Translations under genes and position numbers: made by a program
The notes under the pieces: model-generated
What the model saw: the letters and a program-made list of their open reading frames with translations, nothing else
The model's database searches: none
Told to the model about the DNA's origin: nothing
Virus record (IMG/VR): IMGVR_UViG_3300014656_000065
Location: 1-38,397 of that record
DNA: 38,397 nucleotides
Origin: a virus
Lineage: Duplodnaviria > Caudoviricetes
Reading direction: 5' to 3' (one strand)
In this document: positions 34,738-38,397 of the stretch, piece after piece
Layout: every line of letters begins with the position of its first letter
Position numbering within the stretch: the first letter of the stretch is position 1

Positions 34738-34767
34738 ATAAGAGCACATATCAGGGTAGGTTGTCAA
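34738..34767 (-). promoter_or_regulatory. Candidate late promoter
   Basis: TTGACA at 34767-34762 right after the replication gene, pointing into the packaging operon; weak -10. Confidence 0.35.
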
Positions 34768-34775
34768 GAAGAATC

Positions 34776-35627
34776 TTAAACTATTTTCTTTGAGGAGTGC
34801 TTGAGTGCTTCGAGCTTTCGTGCGAGGGAGCCTGCGAGGTATGCGACTGGGCCATCGGTAAAGCCTGTGGTGTCTGTTCCTTCGAGGATGCGTTGCTGCT
34901 TATCTCTGACGGTGAGGATGCAGTCACGGGTCCAGGCTACTGGGTAGGCGGCGATGAGCTCCTCGACTTCTGGGGCGATCTGATCTGGGAGCGAGAGGGA
35001 GTCGATGACCTCGAATGCGAGATGGTGGATTTCTTCTGGTCCGGACGGTCTGGCTGCTCTGAACTGGGCGAGTGAGTGGATCACCTCTGGACCTTTCGGT
35101 GTGACTACTTTTGAGGACGCATCGAGCGGGGTGTTCTTCTGTTCCCCTTTCGGGGAGACCTCCGGATTTTCTGCGGGTGTCGGAGTTAGAAGAGAAGAGG
35201 TTGTTAAAAGAGTACCTAAAGACTCCTCTTCTTCTTCTCTTATATCTATATCTTTATGACAGTCAAAACGCCCCCCCGTTTGGGGAACGTTTAGGGAACG
35301 TTTGGGGAGTTCCTTCCATTTAATAGCTTTGTTTACCTCCTTGACTTTATGTACGGTTATGGAGTTATCGGGGTTGATGGTTATCAGCATAAGGCGCGCA
35401 CAGCGTGCGAGCCTCTTGCGCACGGTGCGCACGTCACATGTTGCACGGCGTGCTACACATGTGCAGCATGCCAGGTTTGCCGGGATGGTCTCTCGGCGTA
35501 ACTTTATAGCGTAGAGCCAGAGGCCATTGAGGTAGAAATCACGCTCTTCCGGGGTCAGCTGAGAGGTCTTCTCACCCTCGAACCAGTCGACGTCTACGCG
35601 TCCGAATATGGAATCTCCGCGTGCCAA
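34776..35627 (-). CDS. Phage replication initiator (replisome organizer-like)
   Basis: RVDVDWFEGEKTSQLTPEERDFYLNGLWLYA N-terminal pattern; central low-complexity KDIDIREEEEES linker with iteron-like repeats; C-terminal PVAYLAGSL. Confidence 0.7.
   Translation of the reverse strand: MARGDSIFGRVDVDWFEGEKTSQLTPEERDFYLNGLWLYAIKLRRETIPANLACCTCVARRATCDVRTVRKRLARCARLMLITINPDNSITVHKVKEVNKAIKWKELPKRSLNVPQTGGRFDCHKDIDIREEEEESLGTLLTTSSLLTPTPAENPEVSPKGEQKNTPLDASSKVVTPKGPEVIHSLAQFRAARPSGPEEIHHLAFEVIDSLSLPDQIAPEVEELIAAYPVAWTRDCILTVRDKQQRILEGTDTTGFTDGPVAYLAGSLARKLEALKHSSKKIV
35277..35309. repeat. Three tandem 11-bp iteron-like repeats next to an AT-rich tract (candidate ori)
   Basis: cgtttggggaa cgtttagggaa cgtttggggag; adjacent tcttatatctatatctttat at ~35238-35257. 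Confidence 0.6.
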
Positions 35628-35636
35628 TATCTCCTC

Positions 35637-36170
35637 CTACTCATCGGGTGTAACGGTGACGGGCTTGGTACTGGGGCCGGTGCCGACCTGCTTGGTGACG
35701 GACTGCTCGTCCATGATTTCTTTTAGCCTCGTAATCACCTTCATACATGCGAAATTATTGACCCACAGGATTGCTTTCTCCTCATCACCAAGGAAAGTTA
35801 GTACTGTCACTCTGCCCCTATTGAGATCGTATAGCAGCCCCTCTACTGGCTGTTTTAACATCTCATTCAAGTCCATCTCTACAAGTCCATCGACCGTTGC
35901 AATCACTACTTTCCCCTGTTTCTCCTTTTCTAGGATAAGGGCTTTTAAATCCTTGCTCATTTGTCCTCCTGCCATCCATAACAGTGCGTCGATAAGTTCA
36001 TCCTCTTCCTGTGCTATCTGCTCTTTTAACTCTTCCAGATCATTTTGCGACAGATGAAATTCTGCTATTTGAGCATATCCGCTTCGGTCTTTAGGCCCGC
36101 ATAACCTTATGTCGTTAAATGTCACTATATGCTTGCCCGTTGTATGCCCCACTAAAATCCCGACTATCAT
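35637..36170 (-). CDS. Hypothetical protein
   Basis: 177-aa ORF, AT-rich, GGAG upstream. Confidence 0.6.
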   Translation of the reverse strand: MIVGILVGHTTGKHIVTFNDIRLCGPKDRSGYAQIAEFHLSQNDLEELKEQIAQEEDELIDALLWMAGGQMSKDLKALILEKEKQGKVVIATVDGLVEMDLNEMLKQPVEGLLYDLNRGRVTVLTFLGDEEKAILWVNNFACMKVITRLKEIMDEQSVTKQVGTGPSTKPVTVTPDE

Positions 36171-36172
36171 AT

Positions 36173-36427
36173 TTACTCCATTCTCTCCCCATGTATGGTA
36201 GGAAAGGCCTTATCCACGTGCCGCGCCGTTTCGAAGTCCGGCGCGATTATTAGCTCTCTCCCGTCCTCCAGTATGATGCTGCCCGGTCGGTTATTGTGTC
36301 CACAGCAGGAAGCGACCGTCCTGATTCCCCACGCATTTAAAGCTCTTACGATCGGGGCTATACAGCGGTCGATTCCGCATGCCTTAAAGCCTACCATAAC
36401 GATTACCGTGTCGTCGTGTTTACACAT
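36173..36427 (-). CDS. Phage hypothetical protein with a TxxSCCGH motif
   Basis: IDRCIAPIVRALNAWGIRTVASCCGH. Confidence 0.7.
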   Translation of the reverse strand: MCKHDDTVIVMVGFKACGIDRCIAPIVRALNAWGIRTVASCCGHNNRPGSIILEDGRELIIAPDFETARHVDKAFPTIHGERME

Positions 36428-36845
36428 CTCCCAAATACTCCTTGAATTCGTCCTCCGGCAGAATTCGCCTCAATTCCGCGATGGCCTGACACCGGGAGCA
36501 GGAGCAGGTCGGCCAGCGGTCACAGTCATGCGCTTTTATCATCGCCACCAGTGCCACCGCCAAATCACTCTTATCCGCACCGTCTTGTAGAAACCGCATG
36601 TCGTAGGCATGAAGCGTCTCAACTAACTTCTGCGCCTTTCCCTCATCACTGAACACGGACTTATCCCTGAGCGATCCGAGCACAGCCTTGACATCGGCCT
36701 TGAACACGGTGTCGCGATGAGCCATAGCCCCTTTCCATCCCGCCATAGCCGCAAGTGTTTCCATGTCGGTCATGGGCGGTTCATTGTTTAACCACTCTCT
36801 AAACGCATCAAGTGATTCTCTAGCCTGCTTTAGTTTGTCAGTCAT
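36420..36845 (-). CDS. Hypothetical protein
   Basis: GGAGG RBS; 141 aa; C-terminal HDC..CSCSRC. Confidence 0.7.
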   Translation of the reverse strand: MTDKLKQARESLDAFREWLNNEPPMTDMETLAAMAGWKGAMAHRDTVFKADVKAVLGSLRDKSVFSDEGKAQKLVETLHAYDMRFLQDGADKSDLAVALVAMIKAHDCDRWPTCSCSRCQAIAELRRILPEDEFKEYLGDV

Positions 36846-36925
36846 ATTTCCTCCATGGCCATATCATAACCCTCCTAGTTATCCACTCCGGCACCCTGTA
36901 GTCTGTAAAACATCGAACAGGGGTA

Positions 36926-37042
36926 TCATATCAACTCCCCCTGCCCGGCCTCCCGTTCCTTCTTGGCTGGTGGGATTTTACCGCACGTACAGGGTTCACT
37001 TGGATATCCGCACCATCGCTTATGGCCCACTTTCCACGACAT
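36926..37042 (-). CDS. 38-aa hypothetical protein
   Basis: GGAGG RBS and TAATG coupling; MSWKVGHKRWCGYPSEPCTCGK... Confidence 0.4.
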   Translation of the reverse strand: MSWKVGHKRWCGYPSEPCTCGKIPPAKKEREAGQGELI

Positions 37043-37188
37043 TAGCCCTCCTCCGCTTCTGCGCTGGCTTTATCTCTCTTTATCTGTGCCTGTTCCCATA
37101 GAGTCTTTCTATCGTCCTCCATAATATCTGCTATGCGTTTAAGTTGCGTGCAGATATCTTCAGTTACCTCTATAATATCCCTACTCAT
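37042..37188 (-). CDS. 48-aa hypothetical protein
   Basis: AGGAGG RBS; MSRDIIEVTEDICTQLKRIADIMEDD... Confidence 0.5.
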   Translation of the reverse strand: MSRDIIEVTEDICTQLKRIADIMEDDRKTLWEQAQIKRDKASAEAEEG

Positions 37189-37356
37189 GGTCAGCCTCCT
37201 GTTCGTATCGAATAAATTTGTTTAATATATTCTTTAAAGCCGGAGTCATTTCGGAAACATGGAGTATCAAACACGTTAAACACTTCTGTTAATAGCCATA
37301 TGAGAATACCGGCATACAGAGAAAATATACCAACAATGCGAATAGAAAACCATAAG

Positions 37357-37596
37357 TCACTCATTGTTATACTCCAGTTCGGCTACGGGCGGTTCTAGTA
37401 GCGTCCAGTGTGTAGGTTCGACTCCATCTGCCATCGCCCCGCAATTATCATCTGGTTGCCAATCGTGGCCTGACCACCACGCCTTTTCGAAATGTGCCAC
37501 GTACCCCAACTCATCATCTGCTGGCAACCATACCAGATACCAGTCCATTTCCTCCGGCGGCCTGTCCTTGACGCTGATCCAGTTGTTATTGGTCAT
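37357..37596 (-). CDS. DUF551-like protein
   Basis: WISVKDRPPE...YLVW...PTHWTLLEPP. Confidence 0.8.
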   Translation of the reverse strand: MTNNNWISVKDRPPEEMDWYLVWLPADDELGYVAHFEKAWWSGHDWQPDDNCGAMADGVEPTHWTLLEPPVAELEYNNE

Positions 37597-37907
37597 GTCG
37601 TTCTCTTCTTAAAAACGTGCCAGACGTAGCCATCGCTCATCACTGCGGTCCCGACGTGCTCGACGTTCCTTGTTGGGACATCTTGACCGGTCCCAAAGAC
37701 GTATAACTCTATTGGCTCGTTCCCGCCCATGCGATCGGGGTCAACGAGAATCCAAGCGTAGAGTATGCTTCCAGCCTCTTGCTCCCCGATATGGATCACT
37801 TCCCCCGTGGGGACCGTGCTCACCTTACCCCCGAGGGGGTACTTGTATATCTTCATCATCCGCCTCCCCCTTGCGGCTTCTGTTCTTGGGTCAGTCATCT
37901 CACTCAC
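37593..37907 (-). CDS. Phage hypothetical protein
   Basis: MKIYKYPL...AWILVDPD...VFGTGQ...HVGT...VWHVF; start uncertain. Confidence 0.7.
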   Translation of the reverse strand: MSEMTDPRTEAARGRRMMKIYKYPLGGKVSTVPTGEVIHIGEQEAGSILYAWILVDPDRMGGNEPIELYVFGTGQDVPTRNVEHVGTAVMSDGYVWHVFKKRTT

Positions 37908-38079
37908 GTCCCTTCACGAAGAACCATTTCTCGCCGTCGACGACCTTGCGGCAAATCTCGTTGCGGGTAGCTATCGACCTGAGCGCATCCTTCCATCGCG
38001 GGAATCCCTCGAGATCAGATCTCTTCACGCCGCCCTTGCGGAATAGGAGCTCTATCAATCTGGCGTCAAGGAAGGTCAC
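37900..38079 (-). CDS. 59-aa hypothetical protein (below the ORF-track cutoff)
   Basis: GTG overlapping the upstream stop; MTFLDARLIELLFRKGGVKRSDLEG...KWFFVKGRE. Confidence 0.5.
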   Translation of the reverse strand: MTFLDARLIELLFRKGGVKRSDLEGFPRWKDALRSIATRNEICRKVVDGEKWFFVKGRE

Positions 38080-38396
38080 TTCCCGCCGTCCTTGTCATGC
38101 TCTGCTCCGAGGGTGACGTTATGTATCTTTTCCGCTTCTGCTTCGCAAGCATCGCAGTCGCCGACTGAGATTATTATACCGAGCCGCCCGTTCTCGGCCT
38201 TGAGCCGCCCTATCTCGGCCACGTAACCCGCCCTGTCCTCATCCGCTCTCTGAATCCGCTTCCGTAAGCAATCGTTCTCGGCTCGCATCTTCTCCCGGCT
38301 CCGACAGCACTCCATCAGTCCCTTATCCGCCCGCTGATAGTTCTCGGTCAGGTCCTTGACATCGGCCTTGAGTGCGGCGGCTGATTCGCATAGCGT
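38076..38396 (-). CDS. Coiled-coil hypothetical protein, probably truncated by the window edge
   Basis: The frame of the 79-aa track ORF remains open to the end of the window (TLCESAAALKADVKDLTENYQRADKGLMEC...). Confidence 0.6.
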   Translation of the reverse strand, partial: TLCESAAALKADVKDLTENYQRADKGLMECCRSREKMRAENDCLRKRIQRADEDRAGYVAEIGRLKAENGRLGIIISVGDCDACEAEAEKIHNVTLGAEHDKDGGK

Positions 38397-38397
38397 C

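Larger units (their letters stand above)
1..38397. mobile_element. Temperate tailed phage (siphovirus-type tail, Mu-like head module, tyrosine integrase), near-complete and circularly permuted
   Basis: Complete ordered modules for packaging, head, tail, lysis, integration, recombination and replication; no host housekeeping genes; the integrase is internal and both window ends lie within phage-type ORFs. Confidence 0.95.

Noticed and set aside
34385-34747. 120-aa ORF upstream of terS
   Set aside because: No RBS, starts within the putative promoter, and no recognisable motifs such as HNH; treated as non-coding

Overview
The window is a nearly complete, circularly permuted temperate siphovirus-like phage genome. 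Both ends fall inside ORFs of the early/middle accessory region, and almost all genes are on the - strand. Reading in transcription order from the immunity region (8.4-9.2 kb) leftwards there is an XRE HTH regulator, a ~350 bp cluster of long-loop hairpins, an AlpA/excisionase-like HTH, a Cas4/AddB-like PD-(D/E)XK nuclease, an SMC-like ATPase, RecT, a DNA methyltransferase, RuvC and a MazG-like gene. From the right end there are small hypotheticals, a replication initiator with iterons, a probable packaging site and terS, three signal-peptide ORFs and terL. These are followed by a Mu-like head module (portal fused to a gpF domain, protease with nested scaffold, decoration protein, capsid, gp36, gpG). 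The tail is non-contractile (terminator with an FN3 domain, two tandem near-identical tail tube genes, frameshifted chaperones, tape measure, Dit, hub). A lysis cassette containing a second methyltransferase follows. A short + strand unit encodes a 15-aa peptide, a lipoprotein and a tyrosine integrase. The most unusual items are (1) the array of equal-sized GC-clamped hairpins with unrelated ~45-nt loops, possibly antisense or guide-like small RNAs, (2) the duplicated tail tube genes that diverge almost only in one segment, (3) Sec-signal proteins inside the packaging operon, and (4) a local G+T/A+C skew inversion at the terS promoter region. All calls come from reading motifs and synteny by eye; no database search was run.
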